From Malacoraja senta (taxonomy: Eukaryota), in assembly GCA_038087875.1 (NCBI GenBank), contig CM075987.1:19966001-20030000 (forward strand): DNA of 64,000 bases. Reading direction: 5' to 3'. Each line of letters starts with the position of its first letter. Position 1 is the stretch's first letter. The notes under the pieces are model-generated. The model did not search any database. It saw only the letters and a program-made list of their open reading frames with translations, and was not told the DNA's origin. This document shows positions 1 through 12,798 of this stretch, in pieces. The position numbers were made by a program, and so were the translations under genes.

Positions 1-564
1 AATGATTGTTCCCACAAGCATCCCAGAACTAGTTTTTATTCACTCTCCACTTTACGTAATGGTTAGTTCTTACCAGTTTTGATGCCATTCATTACTGTAC
101 AGTGGAAGTATGAGGTTACCATATTGAGTGATTGTGTAATTTTTCAAACTTACAAAATTGATTTACGAACGTTTGTAAAAATAGAACCCATTTGTAACTG
201 GGGATGTTCTGTAAAATCAATAACTTCCCAGACAATCTCCCCCAAATAGAGAGGGAAGCTGAAATCAAAACAGTAATGCTCAGAAGGTCAGATGTTATTT
301 GTGGAGAGAAACAATTATAATTTCTGGTTAATAAACTTTCATTACAGCTGGAAATAAAGAGATAAATAGTTTTTAAGATGTATATCTTTTATTAACAGGA
401 GAGTGAGTGGTCAGATAAAGGTTTAAAGATTCAAGTGCTATGGAAGATTTAAGGTGTTGGTTGGACTAAGCCAGTGGAGAAGTCAAGGCATTGGTTGAAT
501 TGGCTATCATGGTAGTGTATGAGTGACAATAATGCTGAATATCAGTGCAGCAGAGTGATAGTTA

Positions 565-796
565 AATGCCCCTGTCCCACTTAGGAAACCTGAAAGGAAA
601 CATCTGGAGATTTTGCGCCCCACCCAAGGTTTCCGTGCGGTTCCCGGAGGTTTTTGTCAGTCTCCCTAATGGTCGAAAGTTGTTTCCGCTTCTTCTATGT
701 TCCGGCGAAATAATCGGGAACCGCACGGAAACCTTGGGTGGGGTGCAAAGTCTCCAGAGGTTTCCGTTCAGGTTTCCTAAGTGGGACAGGGGCATT
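565..796. mobile_element. Palindromic MITE, possibly PIF/Harbinger-derived
   Basis: About 82-bp inverted arms (565-646 and 715-796, 4 mismatches) beginning AATGCCCCTGTCCCACTT; TA-rich flanks; no coding capacity. Superfamily assignment is inference. Confidence 0.75.
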
Positions 797-1209
797 ATAG
801 GATCAGGGTCAGCCTGGGAGTCGGTGAGGGAGTTGGTTGAAAATTATTATGCAGTTTGTTGTAAGAGTTGGTCTATATACCAGTTTGGGTAAAAGCCAGG
901 GCAGAGGTCATTGGGAAAGGGAGAGATTGGGATGAAGATTGATTGACTGGACATCAGATTTGAGGAGTTCAGGCTGAGATCAGTTTAGGACAGTAGTGTT
1001 GAAGGCAGTTGTTGGGGATATGGCCTGGAGATTAGTTGAGAACGGAGAGATAGGGGTTTGCGGTGCGAGTATTAGGTCATAGCATTAGAGGTAAGTCAAG
1101 CATGAATCTAGTGGTAATCACAGCCAGTAAGTCCAGTAAGTTCAGGATGGCAGACAGTAAAGTATTGAGGTACTGTTGGGATCAGTGCCTAGACCTCAGC
1201 TATTCATAA

Positions 1210-2750
1210 TAGGTACCAATGACTTGGATGTCGTACCAAATGCAACATTTTGAAGTTTGTCAATGATGCCAGATTGAATGGGATTAGGAATTGTGAGGAG
1301 AATGCAAAGAGGTGTTCAGATGACTTAAAATGAGCGAATGCGCAAAAACATGGCCGCCGTAGTATAACATGGACTAAGTGAGAAGTTACCCACTTTGAAA
1401 GGTAAAACAGAAAGGCCAAGTATTATTAAAGTGATGTAAATTGGAGAAGTGTTGATGTAAAACAGGATTACGGGTACCTTTTTACTCTGAACACTGAAAG
1501 CTAACATGCAGTAAAGCACACAGTTAAGCAGGCAAATGAAATGCAGACCTTCATCACAAGAGGATTTGAGTGCAAAAACCGTTGTGTCATGCTATATTCA
1601 TATAGCACATTGGTGAGATCACATTGGGAACATTGGGAGCTGGTTTGATCCTCTCACTTTAGAAGGAATACACTAGCTATACAGGGAATGCTGTGAAGAT
1701 ACAGCAGATTGAATCCTGGAATGGGGGCTGCTGTATGAAGACAGATTAAGTCAATCAGCTTTGTATTTACTCAATCGTAGAAGAATGAGAGAGGATCTAA
1801 TTGAATTTACACAATTCTTTTAAAAAAAATTTTTTTTTTTAATTACAATTTTTATTAGAGGTATCTGCATATCATAGTCCAAACCAATACAAACTTTGTT
1901 TAACGATTACATATTAAGTATCCAGAGTTCCGGGGATCCAGTTACCAAAGTAGCTGGGGTCCTCCTTTATCGGTTACATATTAACATTACCTCTAATTAT
2001 TTATTTATGTTTATAGATAAGAAAAATAAAGAAATAAAGAGAAGAAATTAGAAAAAAAATAAGATAAACTATCAATAATACAACTTAGGAGATAGGTCCA
2101 TAGGTCAGAAAACATAACTATTCATCTAGTCCTGGGTTCAGGTTTCAGTCAGGCCTCCGCGCCGGCCCAGTCTACCCCTTCAAATAATCTATAAATGGAG
2201 ACCATATTTTAGTAAATAATTCTGGTTTGTCAATTAAGATATATCTAATTTTTTCCAAATGTAAGGTCTCCGACATCTCCATAATCCACATCTTAATTGT
2301 GGGGGTTGCAGGATTTTTCCAAAATTTTAATATTAATTTTTTCCCAATTATTATACTGTAATCAAGGACATTTCTTTGGTTTGTTGTAAGTTTTAGGTAT
2401 TGTTCTGATATGCCCAATATTATTAATTTAGGATCGGGATCCAGTTAATTTACACAATTCTGATGCCGCTGTATAGTTATGTGGACGCTGTTTACAATGA
2501 GTATGTAGAATGAGAGTCACGATTTAAGGTTACAGGGCAAGAGATTTAGAACTGAGGTGAGAAATTTCTTCATTCGGATGCGGAATTTACTACTGCAGCT
2601 ATTCAAGCCAATTCCCTGAATATATTTCTGAAGACAAAGTTCATCAAAGGCAGGGGAAGATAATTGGAATACAATATTGAGGGAGATGCTGTTCTAGCCT
2701 GTTGTAAATGGCAAAGTAGGCTTGAAGGCCAACTATTTCCTACATTTTTT
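1210..2750 (+). mobile_element. Old degenerate CR1-clade LINE fragment (RT C-terminus and 3' end), split by an L1 insertion
   Basis: Decayed similarity to the younger CR1 copies in this window (ANGMLAFI and LVRPHLE regions near 1530-1630; continues after 2461). Boundaries approximate. Confidence 0.65.
1819..2446 (-). mobile_element. 5'-truncated L1-clade LINE with poly(A) tail and 15-bp TSD
   Basis: AATTTACACAATTCT at 1804-1818 and 2447-2461; AATAAA and an A-rich tail on the minus strand; ORF 2172-2417 (W-x4-PT-x3-W ... F-x3-WSPF-x2-YL) resembles the C-terminus of vertebrate L1 ORF2. Confidence 0.8.
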
Positions 2751-3018
2751 GTGTTATAAAAGAGCAAGTTTCCACCACCAGACTCTAGCCTGATATTGTC
2801 CAGACAATCCTCTCAACAAATGAGGCTTTGCAAGCATTATGGAGAGCAGTTCATGCATTGCTAGTAGGCGATGCATGCAAGAATGTTAGATGCTGCTGCG
2901 TATGTGTTAAAACATAAAATCTGCAGAGGACTGACAGGAAAATCAATAATTTGTGATAATTCTATGATATTTTCTTACAGTTAATGTTTTAAAATTGAAA
3001 TTGCATTACATGCCACAT

Positions 3019-3155
3019 GTCATAAGGTCATAAGGGATAGGAGCAGAATTAGCCCATTCGGCCCATCGTCCACTCCGCCATTCAATCATAGCTGATCTAT
3101 CTCTCCCTCCTAACCCCATTCTCCTGCCTTCTCCCCATAAGCTCTGACACCTGTG
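3019..3155 (-). mobile_element. CR1 3'-end fragment (CATAAGGT-type tail)
   Basis: Same 3' UTR and tail as the CR1 at 28826 and the fragment at 43378. Confidence 0.7.
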
Positions 3156-4137
3156 CTGTATGATCCAGTTGATCGACAATGTGCCTTTAATATGGTGCCT
3201 GTATTTTATTAGTTGTTATTGGAGTTTCTCCAGCATTTTGTGTCTACCTTCGATTTAAACCAGCATCTGCAGTTCCTTCCTACACTTCCTCAGCGCCGTA
3301 GGTGGCTGCTATTTGTATACATTGTGTATGCAAGCAAAGAATCTCACTGTGACAATAAAGTATTCCTATTCCTATTCCCCCTTCCTACTTTATTGATTGG
3401 AGCTGCTAGAGTGCAAAAGAATGAGCACATGTTGCTTTTCAATCTGACATTAAAATCAATATAACTTTCCAAATTAAGTTTTCAGATACTTCTACGAAGC
3501 CTTGCATTTGATCACCACATTAATGGAAGGATACCATTGTCTTTGATAGGTTGCAAATATTTATTGCTATGGTTTGTTTTCATGGGGATGCTGACAGTGA
3601 GAGCATTTACTTTTTGTTCTGCAACCGATAACCTGATTAGCAGCTAGATTTAACAACACAAGTACTGAGAGGCAATTCTGGACATTTCCCAAATTAACTC
3701 TTGGTTATGAGAAATTAAGTTCTTGGTTATGAGACATTAGTTTATGAATATATTTTTTAAATGTTTGCTTCCTTTGAGAAAGGAGATTTTGTTGCAACTT
3801 AATTTGCAGTTACAAGTACAAAGCAAAAATATATGCTGTTCTGACACTAGATTATGTGGGTAGTGCGTCATATAATGCTGTTGTAAAATGTAGGTGTGTT
3901 AATTACAGACTTGGCACGAGTCCCATTAAGAGAATACCACCTAAGTGTGTTAGTAGAACAACATTCATGGATTTACTCTTTTTTAAAGCAACAACTTTAT
4001 TGCAATCTAGCTTTGTGTATGTATTCCTCGCAGAGCAAAACTGAAATATTTGGCAAATTTTGTGTTTCAGTTTAATATGATATTTAGATAGTCTAGGATA
4101 TTTCTCGTGCTGATAACATGTTTCTCCTATCTTGCAG

Positions 4138-4191
4138 GGATTTCCAGGAAATTTTGGGGAGAGGGGAACACCAGGCTTAGATGGAAGTCCA
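4138..4191 (+). CDS. col27a1: Fibrillar collagen triple-helix exon 1 of 13 in window (54 bp): GFPGNFGERGTPGLDGSP
   Basis: ttgcag|GGA...CCA|gtaagt; six Gly-X-Y triplets, phase 0. Resembles the COL27A1 segment GFPGDFGERGPPGLDGNP as recalled; not database-checked. Confidence 0.92.
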
Positions 4192-5160
4192 GTAAGTTCA
4201 TATTGTTCTGTCGTTGGTAGAACAGTTACTTTTCTTTTTCCAATGTTTCCATTTTATTATCTGCTAAGTATTGTTTTCAACCATGTGGCCTAGTGTAGAT
4301 GGGGGCAATTTGGGTGAAATGGCCTCTTTCCATGCTGTATGACTATGACTTTGTAGAGTTTCCCAAAGTATATTTTCAGTGTGTACTCAGTACATTGAGG
4401 CAATATAATCTGGTGTTAGATTCATTAACAGTTTCTCACTAGTTCATGAGTGCAATAAGGAAAGTCGTGCCTATTCTTAAATTTAATGACAGGGTGCATT
4501 TGAGACAGGTCTCAGGCATCAAGGTCCTGATGATTGTAGGCTGGGGCTTGGGAGAATATGTTTAATTGTGGGTCAGGATGATCAGACCTTCAGATATACA
4601 AGTGTAGGGAGTTTGTGATTGGGGGCCAAGGGAGGGTTTGTTTGAGAGTCAGGGAAGTTTGAGAGAACTTGTGGTTTGATGGGGGCTGAGGATAGCAGGT
4701 ATAGGTAGAGTGACTCAGCTCATATGAGATTCCTATCGAGCATTAGTTGTTCTCAGGAAAACCAACAACTGGTGATTAATCGTCACTCCTGGTATGGTGC
4801 ATGTGATTACATCAATAAAAGACCCCCGACTGACCCCCTAAAATGATTCAATAAGTCACAAATTAACAACCGCAAAAAAAGATGCAAAGTGCTGGAGTAA
4901 GTTAGCAGGTCAGGCAGCGGCAGTATGTTTCTCATGTTTTCATTGGAAACTTGTCTGGGTACCTCCAGTCATTTCACTTGTATCAATTATATAATGGGCG
5001 TACTTCAATGAGGCTTGAACAAGTTTGCACATTGTCAGGTAGAAGCTAGTGGTGTAGTTATATAGGAACACTCGACCAAAGTTGTGGTTAGTTCAGAAGC
5101 AATAAATTGGTATGAGTTAACGTGATGGTGGAAACCACAGTGCATTAAAATATTGACACG

Positions 5161-5300
5161 GAACATAGAACATAGAATAGTACAGCACAGGAACCGGCCC
5201 TTTGGCCCACAATGTCCAGGCTGAACATTATGCCAAGTGATACCAATCTCCTCTGCCTGCATTTGATCCATATCCCTCCATTCGCTGCATATCCATGTGC
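5161..5300 (-). mobile_element. CR1-like 3'-end fragment (GAACATA-repeat tail)
   Basis: Tandem GAACATA tail followed by GGCCCTTTGGCCC, similar to other CR1 ends here. Confidence 0.6.
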
Positions 5301-5945
5301 CTCATGTGCCGATCCAAAGTTTGCTTATGACCTACGATGTGAGATGGTTTCGAATGTTTCAGCCTTTTCATTTTTTACCACAACTTGTACTCCAGTTGTA
5401 CAAGCTATAAATTGTATGGTAAAACTTGGATAATTTGCCATATGGCTTTTTGGAATTAGGGCTTCAGCAACTCACTGGGTACTGATTTCCTCCCCACTCT
5501 TCGACTCTTTGCTCCTTCCCATTCACTGGGATCCTTGGTCCCTTGTCCGCTTCCACTGACCATGGCTTCAGTTCCTGCACTCCCTTCCACTCCTGGTTCC
5601 TGGACTTCCTTGAAATATGCCTGGTTCTGTTTCGCACTCTCTCCTGAAACTTACTGGAGCCTTGTTTCCTCTGCTCCTTTGAAACTTACCCGGTTCTCAG
5701 GAAAATTTATTATTTTACGGTGTAACATCTAAAAAGTATTACAAGTGCATTGAAACTTGATGGAATGGTATACAAATATCTGGAAAATCTGCGCGTCTCG
5801 CACTTGCAAAATCCCAAACATGTCTGATTAATGGAGTTTTATTGTACTAGAGTAGCAGTCAGCATAATTGCTCAAATGATTTTTTTAGGAAATTTTAATA
5901 TTTAAATTTTAAAATTTATTTGACACCAGCTTAATAAATAGGGCC

Positions 5946-6118
5946 AAAACACAGTGTAGGAATGACTCAGCGGGTCAGGCAGCATGCCATTGATGCAATG
6001 AACAGGTGAAGTTTTGGGTCAGGATCCAAATTCTTGCCTATCCATTCCCTCCACAAATGCTGCCTGATCGCTGATTTACTCCAGCACTTTGTGTTTTGCT
6101 CAAGATTCCAGCATCTGT
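5946..6118. mobile_element. Degenerate fold-back of Penelope-like terminal repeat
   Basis: ACTCAGCGGGTCAGGCAGCAT (~5965) is inverted relative to ATGCTGCCTGATCGCTGATT (~6057); same family as 12471-12745. Confidence 0.6.
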
Positions 6119-7457
6119 GTCTTTAATAAACATGGCCAATTGTTGCCATGCTGAGAGCAAATAAAGGTGACCAAGCATTGGAGATAATGGGTGCACATGA
6201 ATTGTTATGATGTTTGATCCTAGCCAATGCTGGTGAGCCAGTACTGAGCTGAAGGTTAAATGTGTGTTGTTATGATGTAGGAAAAAAATAACCCATCTGA
6301 AAGCTGGCCAATCTTGCAGCTGAGTCTGAAATGCAATTATTTCTGCACAAAAATTGATAATATATAAGTGATTACAATTAGGCATAAATGTTGAATTAGA
6401 GAACCAAGTTAGGGAGGAGAGTAAAATGAACTGCAACAAATGAAATGCTCTAGTGCCAGGGATGAGTCTTGTGAAGATAAAATGACTGCAGAGATTAGCA
6501 AGCCTAAAGACTTCTGTTACTTTTATTTTCACAATTATGATGTGTTTAACGTTTGACAACTGCCACCCACCACCTGCCTCTTAAAGATAACTTAAGAGTT
6601 AACATTTATGAATCAGATATTTTTAACTTGGATGCTGAACTGTTCCTGCATATCTCATGTTTTGAACTCCAAGTACATAATTAGTCACACATATTGAATT
6701 CCCTACATCATTAAGTGAGGGTGTTAATAATCTGTGGTGTGGCAGTATTGTATTTTAGTCACTGTGGATATTTGAAGAAAATTACATTGTTATTGGTTAT
6801 ATGGTGAAGCAGTGTGCTCTATTGGAATTATAATTAGCACTGTCATTTTAATTTTTAACATACAAGAAAGTAATTTAGCGATGGAAACATTATAAATTGT
6901 AGCAAGAAAAAAAGATTCTGATTCAGTACAATAAGGAAATATACAGAGCCTGTAATTCAGTTAAATGCCTGCAGTTTATTTGGATTGAAGTCTGTGTCAT
7001 TCAGATCTTTATTCACATAATTAAATCTAGCAGTGATTTTGCTAACCGAAACATCCGCTCTACCCACATTCTGTATTTAACTTAGGATTTTACCCTGGTT
7101 CTATTCCAATTTCCTTTCAATTCATCTACCACAAATAGTGCTGGCTACTGGGTGGTTACAGTTATCTCTTTCACTGAAGTGTTCCTGCAGTCCCAGTGGT
7201 GGAGTGGAGGAAATCTGGCTTGCACATAACTGTAGCCTCCTGAAACGGGACAACAAGCAAGCCTCTGTTTGAACGCTGAGTGGAAATAGCTGGGGTCCAT
7301 TTATTTGCATGCCTTCTGTAGATGGGAGTTGCAGATTACACAGGCTAGGGAGGGAACTAGGTCTTTCCCCATGAGTTTCTGCTTTCAGAGCACTAGCCAC
7401 TTTCAAACTCTCATTTGTCTAGAAAAGAACCAATAATCTTCTGAACTTTGCTTACAG

Positions 7458-7502
7458 GGAGAATTGGGAGCCCCAGGCCCTGCTGGCGTTCGCGGATTGG
7501 TT
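7458..7502 (+). CDS. col27a1: Collagen exon 2 (45 bp): GELGAPGPAGVRGLV
   Basis: ttacag|GGA...GTT|gtaagt; five Gly-X-Y triplets. Confidence 0.92.
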
Positions 7503-8758
7503 GTAAGTAACAAGCAGTCCTTAACTACTTCAATGCTGTCATTTATTTTGTATACAGCTGTTTGCAATTGTTTTATTTTAAGTGACATTAATAACTGCAT
7601 GGAGTATAACAAGTTGTTCAAGAGAAAGATATAAACATTGCAGTACATTATGCTCTGTTACTCAAGACAGGATGGGGGATGAATATTACATCTTAGCTAC
7701 TGGTTCATAGGTAAAAGAGTATAACAGAATATTGTTAAAGATAACAACTACATAAAAAATCAGATCATTTTATTTGACGAGATCCTTTGATGCTTACCAG
7801 TGAAAGGGCTTTTTTCTTTTAACTCTTAAGTTGTTTGAAGCTCCAAGGAAATTTCTGTTTCCTGTAAAATAATTTCCTTGATCAAAATATTTGCTTGTGG
7901 CACATGCTGATTCAATGATATATAACATTATGAGTATACTTCTTGTTGTGATACTGCATTAAGATTGTACACTAAAATACTTGAAACTAAAACCAAGTAC
8001 TTGCACTCACAATTTAAGCAAAAATGAAATACTTCCATTTTGGATAGTTACTTTTCCCTTTTGTAACTGCCTTCCCACTCCAATTCCTTTAAAAAAATAT
8101 ATATATCTGCCTTATATAACATTTATTTTCCTCAACTATAATGTTAGACCTTGTTAGACAAAAACAAATATTCATACCTCTCATTATATATTTTGGAAAT
8201 GGAGGTAATAAAGAAAGCAACCTTGAAGTTAGTTTTTCTTGATTTGGGAGGTTGCATTTTAGATGCTAGAGGATCAACCTTTAGTGGATGTATACAGGAC
8301 AAACAACAACACTAACAACATATATTTATGTAGCATCTTAAAAATAGCCAGTACACTTCACGGGAATGTTAAAAAAAAACTAAAAAACATCAAGCCATTA
8401 GAATGCGTGACCAAGACCCGCTCAAAGAGGTAATTTTAGGGAAGATAGAGAGATGATTAAGTTAGGAAGGGATTAGTGAGCTAAGACACCTGAAAGCATT
8501 GCCATTGATGGTGCACCAATTAAATCCAGGAATGACCATGAGGTCAGGATTGTGTAGCCCAGTTAATTTGAAAAAATATCAGGCTGAGGAAAAGTAATGG
8601 AAGATGGGAATGGTGAGGCCATGAAGAAAATGTGAAGTTATCCGCATTGATAAGCAAACTAGAAAAGCTGAATGTTCTTTAAATGGAGAGAGACTGCAGA
8701 TTGCGATTGCATAGCAGGATCTGGGAGTCCTCATAGAACAAACTGAGAACGTATCATC

Positions 8759-9087
8759 GAAACATAGAAAATAGGTGCAGGAGGAGGCCATTCGGCCCTT
8801 CGAGCCAGCACCGCCATTCATTGTGATCATGGCTGATCGTCCCCTATCAATAACCCGTGCCTGCCTTCTCCCCATATCCCTTGACTCCACTAGCCCCTAG
8901 AGCTCTATCTAACTCTCTCTTAAATCCATCCAGTGATTTGGCCTCCACTGCCCTCTGTGGCAGGGAATTCCATAAATTCACAACTCTCTGGGTGAAAAAG
9001 TTTTTTCTCACCTCAGTCTTAAATGACCTCCCCTTTATTCTAAGACTGTGGCCCCTGGTTCTGGACTCGCCCAACATTGGGAACATC
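8759..9087 (-). mobile_element. Young 5'-truncated CR1 LINE
   Basis: ORF 8847-9086 (SRTRGHSL...FFTQRVVNLWNSLP...FKRELD) is the CR1 ORF2 C-terminus; GAAACATA tail. Confidence 0.88.
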
Positions 9088-12000
9088 CTCCAGTATCCTC
9101 CAGATCCAACAGTTAATTATGAAATGGTTATGATTGGCTGAACATAGTTGATATTTTGCCTTTGCACAAAGGAAAATGGTTATGATTGTTGGAAATCTCA
9201 CCCCAGAGCATCATATAGAAGTTTCTCAGGGCCATGTCCTGGGGTTAACCATGTTTAGCTTCATCATCAAAGGCCTTCCTTGCACATTATGGTCAGAGAT
9301 GGAGATTTTCGCTGATAATTGCAGTTCAATTCCATTCACTATTCCTCATCAAATGAAAGATTTCATGCCTGAATTGCAAGACCTACACAACATTTGGCCA
9401 TGGTTAATTAGTGGCAAATAATATTCATCCAAAAAAGTGTAACCAATAACCAACTCCAAAAGAGAGTCTCCGACTGCCTACCTTTGCTATAGACTGGCAT
9501 TACCATTGATGTGGACCCAACCAAAATACCATTGCAGCTAGTTTATTAGCTATGACAAACTACCACTTTGACTTAATCCAAATCTAACAGTTAATCCTAG
9601 ATAAGTGTATAAAAAAGGACAGGTAGCAAAGCTGGGAGCATGAGTTTGCCATCTGTCAAAGCCTTAATCAGCAGTTTCAAGAGTGGGAGTTGTTCTGGCA
9701 CACCCAGATTACAGCACTCATGGCCTTGCCTATTGGACCCAGCAAGTTCTCCATCAGGGATATGCATCAGGTAAGCTTGAGAGAATAGCATATCTCAGGA
9801 AATGATTCCCACTCAACACAATCCTCCTGTCTGTCCAGGTTGCCAAAACGCAGCGTTTGTTCTACAATTAGAATAACACTGAAAAGAATAATCAGTGGAC
9901 TCTAGAGCCATCCAATTAATTTATTCAAACAGTTATTTTCCAAATGCTCCTGAAAGAATTTAAATACACATGTAGACAGATGAAACCTCCCCATAAATGT
10001 TGTTTCAACCCAAGTCAACATATAATTGTTCATTTTATGCAAGAAATCGAAATTGATGGCATAATTCAGAAAATCTACCATTCCTTCAACAAGATGCCAA
10101 ATAAAATCTAGCATGCATGAAGCATTCAATGACAAAGAATTTGTTTCCCCATATTTTCTGATCTATGTATCCCCATGCAATAAACCCCATTTGACAGCTG
10201 TCTTTTAGCAGTTTCAATTTACCTTAATTAAAGTATCTTTCCAGCTTTAAACATAACAGCTCAAAAAATTGATTCTAGACATTTATAATCAGTAAACAGA
10301 ATCTTTTGGGTGTCAGATATTTGCCAACACTGTTCACTTAAAAGGCATAAATATTTTAAAAGAAACCATAAAACTTTCTTTTAACAATGCATAGTGGTTT
10401 TAATCAATTAAAATTGCTAAATATATACAGAGTTTTTAATAACTCATTATCTGTTGCTAAATTTTGTGTTCTACACTTTTGTCTTGCAAACTACGAGCAG
10501 AAATTTTCTTCATGAGAATTATTAGAGGGAAATGACTATGACTGCAGAAACCACCAAGTGCTGGCAACAGTTTGCTGAATTTAAATTGCCAGATTGCATT
10601 TTCTCATAACAAAAAGTGCCAAAGGGTGTTTGGTGGAGATCTTGCAATTCCATGAGTGAGGAAAATTTGTCAATAACCATTCAACATCTGCTTCATGTAA
10701 TTAGTCACTTCTGCAGATATTAACCTTAAAGTTCAGGTTAAGGTTGCAATATGAATACAAAACCAAAATTGATTCAGAAAAGCATTTGCACCTGGAAATT
10801 GGACCCATTTGGAAACTTTTTTGCACGTGTTTCAAAGTCTACACACATTTACTATTTTGAAATCCGATCCCACTAAAAAATTGAACTAGTTTCTTCCCGT
10901 ATCAAATCATCTTAGCCCCGGTTGAATTTTCCCATTGTAGTTTGGATATGTGAAAGTGTTTTTCAGTGGATTGTGATGTTTATTTACCTAAAGAAGGATT
11001 CAGTCCACATAATGGTTCAAAATAGAATAGTTGAAGCCATATTTTTTTTTCTCAAAAATTAGTTTAAAAGAAGTAACTACGATTACTCGCTCCCTCAACA
11101 ATTCGCAATGTTAAATAAATCCATTATTGTTACAATTACTGATTGTTAATTCAGAACATCCTGACACAGTCTACATTGCAGAAAATCATTTTTGTAGTGT
11201 AGTATAACGTGTATGAGGTTGCTACTTTGAACTTCTCTTAAGTGATCGGCTCCCCATTTATTGGTTAGTTTCATTGTATGTTATCTGAAGCACAGTGTGA
11301 TTTAAAGGGCCTTATTTAGCCCAATGCAGAATTCTGCAGTCTGCAACAAACCACACTAGAGCTTGCCAGGAGATGTAGAAGCCTGTCCCACCACAGAAAC
11401 TGTAAGTGAGATCCACTGTCCCTTCAGTGTTTCAGTGGTGATGATACTGATGTACTGCACAGGCTAATGCTGTCAGATCCCAAGGAAAAAGGCAAAGAAG
11501 GATTTATGTCTGCAGAACCCAGCCCCAAAATGTGTTCATGAAACAATGCTCCTATTTCCAGCTCTCTCAAGAACAATTTATCCAAAGCTCAAGGGTCTCT
11601 GAGGCAGTTATGTCAGAGACCTGTGATCCATCATCAGTAAACAAGGAATCAAACGTGTGTCCGTTTCGAAGAAAGTTCAGCAAACAGTGGAAAAATAAAG
11701 CTTCTCTCTCATAAGCCTCTCCAGTCTCTCTGCCTGCAGTTCTCATGAAATTCCTAATAATTGAATACTCAAAACGAAATATTTTAATTCACCCATCTTG
11801 GTAAGCTATAATGCACAAACAAACGTATTCAGTTCATGATAACTAAACACCTTAGCATTACCCCTTTGTAATTACATTTCTTAAAGGTTTACTAGAACCA
11901 CCATTATGAAGTTTCTTCACACTCGCGACTGCCACTAAGCTTGGAGAAAGGCAACTATCTCTTATTTGAATGGATTGCGGATATCTGTGATACATTAGGA

Positions 12001-12470
12001 TGAGCTCATGCCTTGAAAGTGATGCTTGCTGATTGCAGCATCTCAGAGTGAGGGGCTATGTACCTGGCATAGGGGCGGGTGAAGGCATTGTCTAGGAATT
12101 GGAAGTGGAATGAGAAACAGATCTTGAGATCCATTGACCCATAAAGGTTTTGGATCGTCTCCTCCCATGCTGCAGTGGAATCAAAAACCTAATCCATCAG
12201 CTGCTGCAATGTGGAAGTGTTGGCACTGGATGGCTCAGTACGCCGCATGCTTCCCTGATGGAAATATGAATCATGTGTCTTTGGAACGATCATCCTTAAA
12301 GAGTGGGGAAGCAGAGTCTTTCAATCCCAAAGTGAATAGTTTCTCACCAGTCAAGGGGTTGAACGGTTATCACAGTTAGACAGAGGCGTATAATTATATC
12401 AGCTATGACCTTGTTAAATGGCAGAGTAAGTTGAAGTGGGTATGGCCTATTCCTGCTCCTGATTTGTACT

Positions 12471-12745
12471 GAAGATAGATACAAAATGCTGGAGTAACTC
12501 AGCGGGACAGGCAGCATCTCTGGAGAGAAGGAATGGGTGACATTTTGGGTCAAGACCCTTCTTCAGAACTAGTCGATAAAACTGCAAGTTGGATCTTTTC
12601 ACAGTCACATGAAACGAAATGAAGAAGGGTCTCGACCCAAAACGTCACCCATTCCTCTCCAGAGATGCTGCCTGTCCCGCTGAGTTACTCCAGCATTTTG
12701 TGTCTATCTTCGTTTTAAACCAGCATCTGCAGTTCCTTCCTACAC
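12471..12745. mobile_element. Fold-back (head-to-head) Penelope terminal-repeat element
   Basis: Inverted arms 12471-12565 and 12620-12711 around a 54-bp spacer; arm sequence matches the 3' ends of the GIY-YIG fragments at 36828-36959 and 42983-43112. Confidence 0.8.
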
Positions 12746-12798
12746 ATTGTATATTTGTACGTTGAAGATAGAACTTAACATGAACTTTTTCTATGATG

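Noticed and set aside
562..892. Mirror-image ORFs on both strands with near-identical peptides
   Set aside because: A direct consequence of the palindromic MITE.
3691..3748. Short ~21-bp tandem repeat (AAATTAA.TCTTGGTTATGAG)
   Set aside because: Two to three decayed copies, consistent with an ordinary slippage duplication.
1..4137. miR-455, a known intronic microRNA of COL27A1
   Set aside because: I found no matching hairpin by eye. Its host intron (reported as intron 10) should lie upstream of this window; finding it there would support the gene call.
11340..11407. Strong GTAAGT donor at 11402 with upstream AGs
   Set aside because: No Gly-X-Y frame, and exons 2 and 3 are contiguous in the recalled orthologue.
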